A stretch of 32,000 nt of DNA from Methanobacteriota archaeon (GCA_023440975.1 JAEZRD010000078.1:16043-48042); one strand, 5' to 3'. Numbered from the stretch's first letter, positions 1 to 9,369 are shown. Numbers and translations: made by a program. The notes: generated from the letters alone by a model not told the origin.

Positions 1-56
1 ACCAACTATCATAGCTGATATAATATCCATATATTATCACATCTATTAATTAATAT

Positions 57-983
57 TTAATCTAAGTAATCTAACCAGTTGTATTTATCTTCAGTTTTTC
101 CTTCAACAATTTCAAAGAATTTACTTTGGATTTTTTCAGTTATAGGTCCTCTACTACCTATTCCAACTTGTCTTCCGTCTACTTCACGAATTGGTGTAAC
201 TTCAGCAGCTGAACCTGTGAAGAAAATTTCATCAGCTAAATATAATGTTTCTCTTGGTAAAGCTCTTTCAATAACTTCATATCCTAAATCTTTAGCTATT
301 TTTATTACACTATCTCTTGTAATTCCACCTAATATTGAGGAGGATAATGTTGGTGTGTAAAGAATGCCATCTTTAACTAGGAATACATTTTCTCCACTAC
401 CTTCTCCGATGTGTCCTGCATAATCTAATTGTATACATTCGTCAAATCCATTTTCAGTAGCTTCCATTTTTGCTAATTGAGAATTCATATAGTTTGCTGC
501 GGCTTTAGCCATGGTTGGTAATGTATCTGGAGCTGGTTTTCTCCATGAGGATACTCCAATACTTACTCCATTTTTCATACCTTCTTCGCCTAGGTATGAT
601 CCCCATTCCCAAACTGCAATAGTTGTATTTACTGGACAGTTTACAGGGGTAACTCCTAATTCTCCATATCCTCTAAATGTAATTGGGCGAACATAACAAG
701 ATTTTAAGTTGTTGACTTTAATAGTATCTTTAATCCCTTTTGCAATTTCTTCTTTAGTTTGAGGAATAGGCATTTTATAAATTTTTGCTGAATTAAATAA
801 TCTATCTATATGATCATTTAATCTGAATACTGCAGACCCATTTTTAGTGTCGTAACATCTAACACCTTCAAATACTGAGGATCCATAATGAACTACGTGG
901 GATAAAACATGAATTTTTGCATCTTTCCAGTCTACTAATTCACCGTCCATCCATACTTTTAAGTTTCCATCGTCCCATGCCAT
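57..983 (-). CDS. ilvE: Branched-chain-amino-acid aminotransferase (fold-type IV PLP enzyme)
   Basis: Uninterrupted 308-aa ORF. The segments [22 protein letters not shown] and [18 protein letters not shown], and the overall length, fit the IlvE family as I recognise it. Confidence 0.9.
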   Translation of the reverse strand: MAWDDGNLKVWMDGELVDWKDAKIHVLSHVVHYGSSVFEGVRCYDTKNGSAVFRLNDHIDRLFNSAKIYKMPIPQTKEEIAKGIKDTIKVNNLKSCYVRPITFRGYGELGVTPVNCPVNTTIAVWEWGSYLGEEGMKNGVSIGVSSWRKPAPDTLPTMAKAAANYMNSQLAKMEATENGFDECIQLDYAGHIGEGSGENVFLVKDGILYTPTLSSSILGGITRDSVIKIAKDLGYEVIERALPRETLYLADEIFFTGSAAEVTPIREVDGRQVGIGSRGPITEKIQSKFFEIVEGKTEDKYNWLDYLD

Positions 984-1203
984 TTTTTTTCACCTATTAT
1001 TTTTTTTTATTTAATTATTGTCATTTTTTTTATTTAATAAAATATTAATTAATATCATTAGTAGTTTTTATATTTTAATTATTAAATATATTTCCATTAT
1101 TTCATTTTTATGGTGAATTTAAGAGGTTTGTTTTTTTAAAATTTAGTTTTAATTTAAATTTTTTAATTATTTTTTTTTAAAAATTATTTTTGATATAGTA
1201 ACA

Positions 1204-1211
1204 TTTATATA
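1204..1211 (+). promoter_or_regulatory. Candidate archaeal TATA box (TTTATATA) for tRNA-Val
   Basis: TTTATATA is centred about 33 nt upstream of the mature tRNA 5' end, compatible with a short 5' leader. The AT-rich background makes chance matches common. Confidence 0.4.
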
Positions 1212-1240
1212 TGATGTTAGATAGAGTATTGTTGTTGTAT

Positions 1241-1312
1241 GGTTCCGTGGTCTAGGGGTATGATACCTCCCTTACAAGGAGGGGATCACGAGTTCAAATC
1301 TCGTCGGAACCA
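1241..1312 (+). tRNA. tRNA-Val (anticodon UAC)
   Basis: GC-rich island in AT-rich DNA. Acceptor stem GGTTCCG/CGGAACC; anticodon stem CCTCC/GGAGG with loop CTTACAA (anticodon TAC); T-arm ACGAG-TTCAAAT-CTCGT; discriminator A; no encoded CCA. Confidence 0.92.
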
Positions 1313-1321
1313 CTTTAATAC

Positions 1322-1328
1322 TTTTTTT
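1322..1328 (+). terminator. Oligo-T tract downstream of tRNA-Val (archaeal-type terminator candidate)
   Basis: A T7 run lies 10 nt after the tRNA 3' end. Archaeal RNA polymerase terminates at oligo-T tracts. Confidence 0.35.
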
Positions 1329-1477
1329 AAATTATTTTATGATTATTTATATTCGTTACTTACTAATTTTATAAAAATTTTTAGAAATTATCAGTAAATT
1401 TTTCGTGTTGGAAATTAGAATTTATAAAAAAAAGTAAAAAAAGTAAATTAAAATTAAAAAAAAATTAAAAGAAAATT

Positions 1478-2443
1478 TTATAATATTACAAGTATCATTA
1501 AAATAATTAATGAAACAAAGAATATAGCAGTTCCTTTAACTAATATTTGAGCTCCATCTTTATCAACAAATAAAACGAGACCATAAGATAATGCTAAGGC
1601 TACTAATAATTCTACTACTCCTGCAATACCATTAGGTATGCTTGTTAAGCTTATTAATCCATAAGAAATTATGTAAGATAATAATACTACTACAATTATT
1701 AAAAAAATAGTATTGCTCCATAGAGGACGTAATTTTTCAATTGTAGAAGGTCCTTGATTTTTTGTCTTATTTCTATTATTTAAGCTAAAACTTCTAGTTG
1801 TCGGTTTTCTTCCACCAAATAATGATGATGTTGTTGAAGAACTAGATTTATTTGAATTTCCTTTAAATAAACTATATTTTGGATTAATGTCTTCTTTTCG
1901 CCCGTAATTATCATTTTGAAGAAATTCATTTACAGAAGCTTCATCTTCAGAAGATAATGGGACATCTCTGTAAGTTTCTATAGTTTCATTTTCATAATCT
2001 GTGGCGGTTAATGGCTCGCCATTATCGTAGCTAACAGGATTATTATAAAGTTGTTCTTCAAATTGAGCATTATTTTTTTCATGGCCTTTATTTGAATATT
2101 TTTGAGCTAAAGTTATTAATTTATCTCGATCAACAAGTTTAATATTATTTCTTTCTGCATATTTTATTGCTTGTGGTGAAAAACTGCTGCTAGTAACTAC
2201 TGTTATTTTTGAAGCTTTTAAAATGTCACTAACTTCTTCCATTTCTTTAAGAATATCTGTTCCGACTTCGAATTCCTTCTCATAATTTTTACAAGCAACA
2301 ACTGCTCCAAAGTCTCCCATAGAAGTTGGAAGTACCGCATATATGTCAACAATTTGTTTAGTAGTTTTAAAGTTTTTATAAACTTTAAAGCCTGAGTCTT
2401 CCATTATTTTGGCAATAAAATTTACTAATTGTGGTTTTTCCAC
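1478..2443 (-). CDS. Membrane-anchored protein with an N-terminal Mrr_cat-like restriction-endonuclease-fold domain
   Basis: 321-aa ORF. The N-terminal ~115 aa follow the Mrr catalytic-domain pattern (VDIYAV...GAVVACKNY...ITVVTSSSFSPQAIKYAE...IKLVDRDKL). This is followed by an acidic, S/T/N-rich low-complexity linker and about 3 hydrophobic helices at the C-terminus (IFLIIVVVLLSYIISYGLISL, GVVELLVALALSYGLVLFV, AIFFVSLIILMILVIL). Confidence 0.55.
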   Translation of the reverse strand: MEKPQLVNFIAKIMEDSGFKVYKNFKTTKQIVDIYAVLPTSMGDFGAVVACKNYEKEFEVGTDILKEMEEVSDILKASKITVVTSSSFSPQAIKYAERNNIKLVDRDKLITLAQKYSNKGHEKNNAQFEEQLYNNPVSYDNGEPLTATDYENETIETYRDVPLSSEDEASVNEFLQNDNYGRKEDINPKYSLFKGNSNKSSSSTTSSLFGGRKPTTRSFSLNNRNKTKNQGPSTIEKLRPLWSNTIFLIIVVVLLSYIISYGLISLTSIPNGIAGVVELLVALALSYGLVLFVDKDGAQILVKGTAIFFVSLIILMILVIL

Positions 2444-2629
2444 GATTTCACCTAGCTCTATTAATTATATTTAAAAAATTATTATTCGCTTGTAATTTTA
2501 TTAAAAAAATACTTTTTGAAAATAATTGTTAATTACTTATTACTTTTATTTTTTTGATATATAAAAATATTTTTTTGTTAATTTTTTATATTACAAAAAT
2601 ACTTATTTGTAAGAATATAATTCTATATT

Positions 2630-3400
2630 ATGAAAAATATTTTAATTAGTAATGATGATGGGGTTTATGCCTCAGGAATTTTAGCAGCAAAACATGCTGT
2701 TGAAGATTTAGGGGATGTTACAATTGTAGCACCTGCTGTTCAACAAAGTGGTATTGGTCGTGCTTTAACTCTTTTTGAACCTTTAAGAATTAACTCTCTT
2801 AAGTTAAATGATGGTACTCCTGCTTATTCAGTATCTGGTACTCCTACTGATGCAATTGAATTGGGTATTTTTGAGTTATTGGATGATAAACCTGATTTGG
2901 TGATATCTGGAATAAATGTTGGACATAATACTGGTAAAGGAGAGCTTACTACTTCTGGAACTATTGGTGCGGCTATGGAAGCTGCAGCTTTAGGAGTTCC
3001 TTCTATTGCGGTTTCACAAGAAGTTATTAGTAGTGATATGAAATTTGAACGTCATGTTGAGTTAGATTATTCTTTTACAGAAAAATTGCTTTATGATATT
3101 TCTAAAAAAGTTTTAAAAAAAGGATTACCTAAAGATGTGGATTTATTAAATCTTAATGTTCCATATAAACCATCTAATGAAGAAATTCTTATAACTAAAT
3201 TAGGTGAACGAATGTATGTTCCTGAAATTGATGTAAGATTAGATCCTCGTGGAAAACCTTATTATTGGATAGATGGTTTGCCTTATGATGGTGATTCAGA
3301 AGGTACCGATGGTTATTGTTTAAAAGTTCTTAATCAACCTACTTTAACTCCATTAAAAATAGACTGTACTGGAAGTTTAGAATCCATGAAAAATTGGTAA
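2630..3400 (+). CDS. surE: 5'/3'-nucleotidase SurE
   Basis: 256-aa ORF beginning MKNILISNDDGVYASGI (the SurE DDG metal-binding motif), with GINVGHN and SGTIGAAMEAA segments typical of SurE. Confidence 0.9.
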   Translation: MKNILISNDDGVYASGILAAKHAVEDLGDVTIVAPAVQQSGIGRALTLFEPLRINSLKLNDGTPAYSVSGTPTDAIELGIFELLDDKPDLVISGINVGHNTGKGELTTSGTIGAAMEAAALGVPSIAVSQEVISSDMKFERHVELDYSFTEKLLYDISKKVLKKGLPKDVDLLNLNVPYKPSNEEILITKLGERMYVPEIDVRLDPRGKPYYWIDGLPYDGDSEGTDGYCLKVLNQPTLTPLKIDCTGSLESMKNW

Positions 3401-3433
3401 AAATAAGTTAAAAATATAAATAAAAATATAAGT

Positions 3434-3464
3434 AAATAAATGATTTATTTTTTATCATTTATTT
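3434..3464. terminator. Perfect 11-bp inverted repeat between convergent surE and the small minus-strand ORF
   Basis: AAATAAATGAT (3434-3444) pairs with ATCATTTATTT (3454-3464) across a T-rich 9-nt loop. It sits just after the surE stop and overlaps the 3' end of the 48-aa ORF. Confidence 0.3.
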
Positions 3465-3605
3465 TAAATTCATTTGTTTTAAGATTTTATCTCTTTCTTC
3501 TCTAAGCCCATTTAGCTTTTCTTCATCAGCACAACCTTCTTTTTCTAATTTTGCTAAAGTTGTGGTTATAGCTTGTAATGTGCTTTCTAATTGGTTAATT
3601 GGCAT
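3459..3605 (-). CDS. Small hypothetical protein (48 aa, predicted helical/coiled-coil), below the ORF-track length cut-off
   Basis: My own translation of the minus strand gives MPINQLESTLQAITTTLAKLEKEGCADEEKLNGLREERDKILKQMNLK*. It has an ATG start with GGA-containing sequence (AAAGGACTGATAAAAATG) upstream and fills an otherwise empty 367-bp gap. I recognise no family. Confidence 0.3.
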   Translation of the reverse strand: MPINQLESTLQAITTTLAKLEKEGCADEEKLNGLREERDKILKQMNLK

Positions 3606-3797
3606 TTTTATCAGTCCTTTAAATTTTTCTTTATATTATATTTAATAAAACTTTAATATATATTAATTGGTTTGTATTTTACCTAACATAATTTTGTTTA
3701 ATATTCAAGTTAATAAAAGATTAAATGTAATGATGTAATAAATAATAATAGTATAAAAAATTATTTTATGAATTTTAATTATTTAGGAGAATTTATT

Positions 3798-3998
3798 ATG
3801 AATGATGATAATTTTCAAGTTAATAGACAATTTTTACAATTTAAAGATAAAAATGTTTTAATCGGTTTAAAAAATTGGGAAGAAGTAGAAGGTAAAATTG
3901 TAACAATTGATAACTTTTTAAACACAATATTAGAATATGAAGGTAATTTAAGAGTTATTAAAGGTGGAAAAATAGCTTTTATATCAGTTAAAGATTAA
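3798..3998 (+). CDS. Sm-like (LSm-fold) small protein, tentative
   Basis: The ORF track starts at 3768, but the ATG at 3798 is preceded by AGGAG (TTAGGAGAATTTATTATG). The pattern VLIGLKNWEEVEGKIVTIDNFLNTILE...RVIKGGKIAFISV resembles Sm1/Sm2 motifs (LKNG..v.G.l...D.fmN..L...irG..i..i). Confidence 0.5.
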   Translation: MNDDNFQVNRQFLQFKDKNVLIGLKNWEEVEGKIVTIDNFLNTILEYEGNLRVIKGGKIAFISVKD

Positions 3999-4011
3999 TA
4001 AATAAATTTAT

Positions 4012-4043
4012 AATTCATCAAAAAATATATATTTTGATGAATT
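4012..4043. terminator. Bidirectional hairpin between convergent genes (12-bp perfect stem)
   Basis: AATTCATCAAAA (4012-4023) pairs with TTTTGATGAATT (4032-4043) across an 8-nt loop, followed by T-runs. It lies between the Sm-like gene stop and the cobT-like gene stop. Confidence 0.45.
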
Positions 4044-4063
4044 TTTAATAAACTTTTTTTTGT

Positions 4064-5149
4064 TTATTTCTCGCATTCTTTTACAATTGCTTCTCTAAGT
4101 TGTTCAATATCATTTCCTTTAATAAGAGCTAATAACATTGCTCCTCCAGCACCTGCGCCTTCTTTTACAAATCCTTTTAAATAATTTTGAAGTCCTTTGT
4201 GTTCTGTTTTTTCAAATCCTGGATCTATTACATAAACAGGAATATTTTCATCAATTTGTTTAATAATATTGAATAAATCTGCAGTTTCATCTTCAGCAAC
4301 ATAAACAGTAGTGGCTAGAGCTATTCTTGAAAAGTCAAATTCAGGATCAATTGTTTTTATTAACGCACATACGGCACACATTTGAGTACCTCCAGCTAAG
4401 ATAACTGGTTTATTGCTTCCCATTGCTATACCTGCTAAAGCAGGTATTATAGGATCTCCTACTGCTTTAACTGCATCAAATGGTGAGATTATATCAGTTT
4501 CTGGATCATCATTTTCAGGATTAATACCTGCATTTTTTAATCCTTCATTAACAGTGTTTATTTTTAATTCATGTGGATTTGTTGGTGCACTTCCACTAAC
4601 TTTAAAGTTTGCATCATATCCTAATGCTTTTAAAACTCCTAAAGCTGTTGTTGTTCCAGCAGGCATACTTTCTCCAACAACAATATAATCATGAAGTTCT
4701 GCAAAATCCATTCCTAATTCAACAGCATTGTAATAGATTTCTTCTGCATTTTCTACAGCGTGACCTGTTCTTATGTCTTTCCCTCCTTCAGTTCCTATTT
4801 GTGTTGTTTGAATGACAGGGTCTACTTCACAACCTGCATTTACTATCATAAAAGGGATTTTACTTAGATTAAGTGCAGCTTTACTGATAATTGCAGGTGT
4901 TGGGGCTGAATCTCCATCAATAACAGTTTGAGCCATTTCATTTGTACATTTAACTTCTCCAATTGTCATTAATTCAACATCTGCTGCAGGAGTGTATTTT
5001 GTTTGTTCTGCACTTGCACCTGCACCACTAATTCCCTCAATTTTAGATGTTTCTGTAGTTCCTATGGTGCATATAAACGCACAATTTGGTTGATTTTCTA
5101 TTTTTTTAAATAATTCATCTGATCCATATATTTTTAATCCTTCAATCAA
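4064..5149 (-). CDS. cobT: Archaeal-type CobT (nicotinate-nucleotide--dimethylbenzimidazole phosphoribosyltransferase; UPF0284/TIGR00303-like)
   Basis: 361-aa ORF. FICTIGTTETSKIEGISGAGAS and GESMPAGTTTA resemble the archaeal CobT/UPF0284 family. TTG start with AAGGAGTG 8-9 nt upstream. Confidence 0.7.
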   Translation of the reverse strand: MIEGLKIYGSDELFKKIENQPNCAFICTIGTTETSKIEGISGAGASAEQTKYTPAADVELMTIGEVKCTNEMAQTVIDGDSAPTPAIISKAALNLSKIPFMIVNAGCEVDPVIQTTQIGTEGGKDIRTGHAVENAEEIYYNAVELGMDFAELHDYIVVGESMPAGTTTALGVLKALGYDANFKVSGSAPTNPHELKINTVNEGLKNAGINPENDDPETDIISPFDAVKAVGDPIIPALAGIAMGSNKPVILAGGTQMCAVCALIKTIDPEFDFSRIALATTVYVAEDETADLFNIIKQIDENIPVYVIDPGFEKTEHKGLQNYLKGFVKEGAGAGGAMLLALIKGNDIEQLREAIVKECEK

Positions 5150-5330
5150 TTTTTTTACACTCCTTGAAATTCAATAATTTTTTGTTAATACTTTTTATAA
5201 ATTATATTACTCATGAAATTCATAATTATATTAATTCATTTAATTATTATAACTTAATTATTTTATATAAATTTAGTAAAAAATTATTAACTTTTTTATT
5301 TTGTGATATGTTATTTATGGGAGTATTAGT

Positions 5331-6968
5331 TTGATATCATTAGGAATTGAAGGAACTGCAGAAAAAACAGGTGTAGGAATTGTTGATAGTGAGGGTAATA
5401 TTTTAGCTTCAGTTGGAAATCAATTATTTCCTAAAGAGGGTGGCATACATCCTCGAGAAGCAGCAGAACATCATGCTTATTGGATACCTAAGTTAATTCC
5501 TCAAGCGGTAGAAGAAGCAGGAATTGGTTTAGGGGACATTGATTTTATTTCATTTTCACAAGGTCCTGGCTTAGGTCCTGCTCTTAGAACTGTTGCTACA
5601 GCTGCAAGAACACTTTCATTATCATTAAAAATACCTATTGTAGGAGTTAATCATTGTATTGGGCATGTTGAAATAGGTAAACTGAATACAGGCGCTATAA
5701 ATCCTGTTTCTCTTTATGTAAGTGGAGGAAATAGTCAAGTTATTGCTTTTGAATCAGGAAGATATAGAATTTTTGGTGAAACATTAGATATTGCCGTTGG
5801 AAATTGTTTTGATCATTTTGGTAGAGAAACAGGATTAGGTCATCCTGGTGGTCCAGTAATTGAAAAATTAGCATTAGAGGGGAAATATGTAGATTTACCT
5901 TATATAGTTAAAGGAATGGATTTTTCCTTTTCTGGTTTGTTAAGTGCAGCATTACGTGCCTTTAAAAGAGGTGTTCCAATCGAAGATATTTGTTTTAGTC
6001 TTCAAGAAACGGCTTTTGGAATGTTAGTTGAAGTAACAGAAAGAGCATTATCTCATACTGAAAAAGATGAAGTGTTACTTTGTGGGGGAGTTTCTGCTAA
6101 TTCTAGATTGAGAGAAATGTTGAAAGTAATGGCTGATGAACATTATGCTAAATTTTATATGCCTGAAATGAAATTTTGTGGTGATAATGGTGCTATGATT
6201 GCTTGGCTTGGACAATTAACTTATAAATATTTTGGGGCTGTTGATATAAGTGATACTAGTATTATTCAAAGATTTAGGACCGATGAAGTTGATGTCCCTT
6301 GGGTAAATAATGAAGTTCATAAAATTAAACTTCCAAATAATCTTTTGGCTAAGGGAGCTGAATCTGATATTGTCAAAAAATCTTACTTTGGTAAAGATGC
6401 TATTTTAAAGAAAAGAGTGTCTAAATCTTATAGGATAAAGGAAATTGATGATAAAATTAGAAGAATGCGTACAAAAAGTGAAGCTAAATTAATTAGTGAT
6501 ATTAAGTCATGTGGTGTTAAATCTCCAGTTCTTTATGATGTTAATTTAGACGATAAATCTATTTTAATGGAGGAGGTTCATGGGAATCTTCTGAAAAATG
6601 TTATGGATGATTTAAGTGCTGATGAGCGTTTTAATCTAGCTAAAGTTATTGGACATAATATAGGTTTAATGCATAATAATGATATAATTCATGGGGATAT
6701 TACAAGCTCAAACATGATTATTGATGATAATGGGGATTTTGTCTTCATTGATTTTGGTTTAGGTGGTTATTCAGATTTAATTGAAGATAAAGCTACTGAT
6801 TTATTGGTTCTTAAAAAATCTTTTCAAAGTATTGATTATGATATTGCAAGTGAAACTTTTGAGTGGATAATTGATGGTTATATTAATACTTATTCTGATG
6901 ATTTAAGTAAAAATGAAATTAAGAATAAAATTAAAGATATTGAGTCTAGAGGACGTTATACTCATTAA
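5331..6968 (+). CDS. kae1-bud32: Bifunctional Kae1-Bud32 fusion (tRNA t6A N6-threonylcarbamoyltransferase + Bud32 kinase/ATPase)
   Basis: 545 aa. The N-terminal Kae1/OSGEP part (GIEGTAEKTGVGIV, VNHCIGH, GGVSANSRLREM, CGDNGAMIA) is fused to a C-terminal Bud32 RIO-type kinase (IIHGDITSSNMI, FIDFGLG). The same fusion is known in Methanocaldococcus (MJ1130). Confidence 0.92.
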   Translation: MISLGIEGTAEKTGVGIVDSEGNILASVGNQLFPKEGGIHPREAAEHHAYWIPKLIPQAVEEAGIGLGDIDFISFSQGPGLGPALRTVATAARTLSLSLKIPIVGVNHCIGHVEIGKLNTGAINPVSLYVSGGNSQVIAFESGRYRIFGETLDIAVGNCFDHFGRETGLGHPGGPVIEKLALEGKYVDLPYIVKGMDFSFSGLLSAALRAFKRGVPIEDICFSLQETAFGMLVEVTERALSHTEKDEVLLCGGVSANSRLREMLKVMADEHYAKFYMPEMKFCGDNGAMIAWLGQLTYKYFGAVDISDTSIIQRFRTDEVDVPWVNNEVHKIKLPNNLLAKGAESDIVKKSYFGKDAILKKRVSKSYRIKEIDDKIRRMRTKSEAKLISDIKSCGVKSPVLYDVNLDDKSILMEEVHGNLLKNVMDDLSADERFNLAKVIGHNIGLMHNNDIIHGDITSSNMIIDDNGDFVFIDFGLGGYSDLIEDKATDLLVLKKSFQSIDYDIASETFEWIIDGYINTYSDDLSKNEIKNKIKDIESRGRYTH

Positions 6969-7009
6969 TTTATAATTTTTAATTGTGAAAAAAATTTTAA
7001 GGTGTTTAG

Positions 7010-7567
7010 ATGATAACATTTATAACTGGTAATAAACATAAAGTAATAGAAGCAGAGAATATTTTCAAAAATTTCGATATTAAATTAGAGCATATAGATT
7101 TAGGGTACTGTGAACCTCAAGGAACTCTTGTGGATGTGGCTAAATTTGGTGCAAAATATGCTAGTCGAAAATTAAACAAATCTGTTATTGTTGAAGATGC
7201 TGGTTTGTTTATTAAATCTTTAAATGGTTTTCCTGGAGCTTATTCTTCTTATGTGCAAGATACTTTAGGTAATCAAGGAATTTTAAAGTTAATGAACAAT
7301 TTTGATGACCGATACGCTGAATTCAGGTCAGTCATTGGGTATTGTGCCCCCAAGTCTGAGCCCAAGGTCTTTTTAGGGCGTGTTGAAGGTCAAATAGCTC
7401 TTGAAGAAAAAGGTAATCTTGGTTTTGCTTTTGATCCTTTATTTTATGTGGAAGAAGAAGGTAAAACTTTTGGAGAATTAACAACCGAAGAGAAAAACCA
7501 GTTTTCTCATAGAAGAAATTCTTTACAACAATTTATTAATTGGTATGTTGACCAATTGAAGAAATAA
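7010..7567 (+). CDS. Non-canonical purine NTP pyrophosphatase (ITPase, RdgB/HAM1 family)
   Basis: 185 aa. ITGNKHK at the N-terminus, [24 protein letters not shown] and FSHRRNSL are HAM1/RdgB hallmarks. Confidence 0.9.
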   Translation: MITFITGNKHKVIEAENIFKNFDIKLEHIDLGYCEPQGTLVDVAKFGAKYASRKLNKSVIVEDAGLFIKSLNGFPGAYSSYVQDTLGNQGILKLMNNFDDRYAEFRSVIGYCAPKSEPKVFLGRVEGQIALEEKGNLGFAFDPLFYVEEEGKTFGELTTEEKNQFSHRRNSLQQFINWYVDQLKK

Positions 7568-7646
7568 TAATTATTTTATAATATAATAATTTATTTAATC
7601 TATTAAGGCCGATTTTTAAAATAAAAAAATTAATGAGGTAATAAAT

Positions 7647-8042
7647 ATGTCCGTAGACTGGGTAACTTATTCAAATGAAGAAATTGAAGAATTAATATTA
7701 AAATTTTCAAAAGAAGGAAAATCCGCAAGTGAAATTGGTGTCACTTTAAGAGATCAATATGGAATTCCTAGTGTTAAAGCAGTAACTGGTGAAAAAATCA
7801 CCCAAATTCTTGAAAAAAATAATCAAGGTAATGATTATCCTGAAGATATTATGAACTTAATAAGAAGAGCTGTAAATATAAGAGATCATTTAGCTGAAAA
7901 TCCTAAAGATATTCATTCTAAAAGAGGATTAACTATAATTGAATCTAGAATTCGTAGATTAGGTGCTTATTACGTAAATACAGGTAAATTACCAGAAGGA
8001 TGGAGATACGATCCAACACAAGCAGCACTCCTTGTTAAGTAG
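7647..8042 (+). CDS. rps15: 30S ribosomal protein S15 (uS15; archaeal S15P/S13e type), N-terminally short
   Basis: 131 aa. [33 protein letters not shown] and [12 protein letters not shown] match archaeal S15. TGAGGT RBS 7 nt upstream. An in-frame stop at 7617-7619 limits any N-terminal extension. Confidence 0.9.
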   Translation: MSVDWVTYSNEEIEELILKFSKEGKSASEIGVTLRDQYGIPSVKAVTGEKITQILEKNNQGNDYPEDIMNLIRRAVNIRDHLAENPKDIHSKRGLTIIESRIRRLGAYYVNTGKLPEGWRYDPTQAALLVK

Positions 8043-8061
8043 ATCAAGTAGCGCTTGTGAT

Positions 8062-9369
8062 ATGCTTAAGAAGCATATCGAAAATGATGACGTTATAAGA
8101 TTAATTTCTCATAACGATGCTGATGGAATTTCAGCTGCTGGTGTTATAGCTAATGCTATAAAAGAAGAAGGAGGACAATTTCACACTACAATTGTTCCTC
8201 GTCTTAAATCAGATATTGTTAGAGATTTAGCTAAAGAAAAATATGATTTATTTATATTTTCTGATATGGGTAGTGCTTGTATAAAGCAAATTAACCAATC
8301 TATCAAATCTGATGTTATAATTGCTGATCATCATCAGCCTAGTGATGTTGAAGCTAATGATAATGTAGTTCATATTAATCCTCACTTATTTGGAATCGAT
8401 GGAAGTAAAGATTTAAGTGGTGCGGGATCTAGTTATTTAGTAGTTAGAGATATGGATAAGAAACATTTAGCTTATCTTGCATTAGTTGGGGCTTTTGGTG
8501 ATATGCAATGTCCAAATGGATTTTCAGGTGTTAATCAAATGATTTTATCTGATGGTAAAGAATCAGGTAATTTGGAAATTCATGAAGATTTAAAAATTGT
8601 ATCTAAAGCTAATGAACCTCTTTATAAATCATTAGCTTATACCTTAAATCCTGCCCTTCCAGGAGTTACTGGAAATTTAGAGGGAGCCATAGGATTTTTA
8701 GAAGAACGTGGAATATCTTATGGGATTAAATTTGATGAGTTAAGTGATGAAGAACGGGATGTTCTTAAAGATGAACTTATTAAACTTAATCCTGAAATTT
8801 TTGGCGATATATATGCTGTTCCTAAATTAGATCCTGTATTAAGAAATTTAGAAGAATATTCAACTTTATTAGATTCTTGTGGTAAGAATAAGAAGTTTGG
8901 TTTAGGTATTTCACTTACTTTAGGTGAAAAAGATAAAGCTTTAGATGCAGCACTTAACCTTCAAAATAATTATCGTTCTGAGTTAATGAAAGGAATGGAA
9001 TGGATTACACGTGAAGGTAGTGTACCTATGGATTATATTCAATATATTTATAGTGATGACAAAGTTTTAAAAAGTGTCATGGGTACTATTGCTAGTGTTG
9101 GAATGTCTGCAAAAATATTACCTGAGGATAAACCTATTTTGGCTTTAGCTAGACTTCATAATGATATTAAAATTTCTGGAAGAACAACTAGACCTATGGT
9201 TGAAAGGGGTGTTGATTTAGGTAAAGCTTTATCTGATGCGTCAGCAAGCTTTGGTGGTCAAGGTGGAGGTCATGATATAGCTGCAGGAGCTATGATTCCT
9301 TTTACTGCTAAAGATAATTTTTTAAATTTAGTTAATGATATTGTTGAAAGTCAATTGAATAATAACTAA
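8062..9369 (+). CDS. RecJ-like DHH/DHHA1 phosphoesterase (archaeal RecJ/GAN/Cdc45-like family)
   Basis: DHH motifs SHNDADGISAAG, FSDMG and IIADHHQP, plus the DHHA1 motif GGQGGGHDIAAGA. The ORF track starts at TTG 8032, overlapping rps15; I prefer ATG 8062 (MLKKHIENDD...). As I recall, the rps15-recJ-like adjacency recurs in archaeal genomes. Confidence 0.8.
   Translation: MLKKHIENDDVIRLISHNDADGISAAGVIANAIKEEGGQFHTTIVPRLKSDIVRDLAKEKYDLFIFSDMGSACIKQINQSIKSDVIIADHHQPSDVEANDNVVHINPHLFGIDGSKDLSGAGSSYLVVRDMDKKHLAYLALVGAFGDMQCPNGFSGVNQMILSDGKESGNLEIHEDLKIVSKANEPLYKSLAYTLNPALPGVTGNLEGAIGFLEERGISYGIKFDELSDEERDVLKDELIKLNPEIFGDIYAVPKLDPVLRNLEEYSTLLDSCGKNKKFGLGISLTLGEKDKALDAALNLQNNYRSELMKGMEWITREGSVPMDYIQYIYSDDKVLKSVMGTIASVGMSAKILPEDKPILALARLHNDIKISGRTTRPMVERGVDLGKALSDASASFGGQGGGHDIAAGAMIPFTAKDNFLNLVNDIVESQLNNN

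Noticed and set aside
1211-3740. C/D-box sRNA candidates (ATGATG-like strings at about 1211 and about 3731 in intergenic DNA)
   Set aside because: Neither matches the C box RUGAUGA exactly or has a properly spaced CUGA D box and terminal stem. Such strings are expected by chance in AT-rich spacers.
5150-5330. Repeated GAAATTCA words in the cobT / kae1-bud32 divergent spacer
   Set aside because: The repeats are only 8 nt, imperfectly spaced and in AT-rich promoter DNA. That is not enough to call a regulatory site.
8032-8061. TTG start for the RecJ-like gene, overlapping the end of rps15
   Set aside because: The extra residues (LSRSSSACD) look non-native. The ATG at 8062 gives an N-terminus (MLKKHIENDDVIRLISHNDADG) with typical spacing to DHH motif I.
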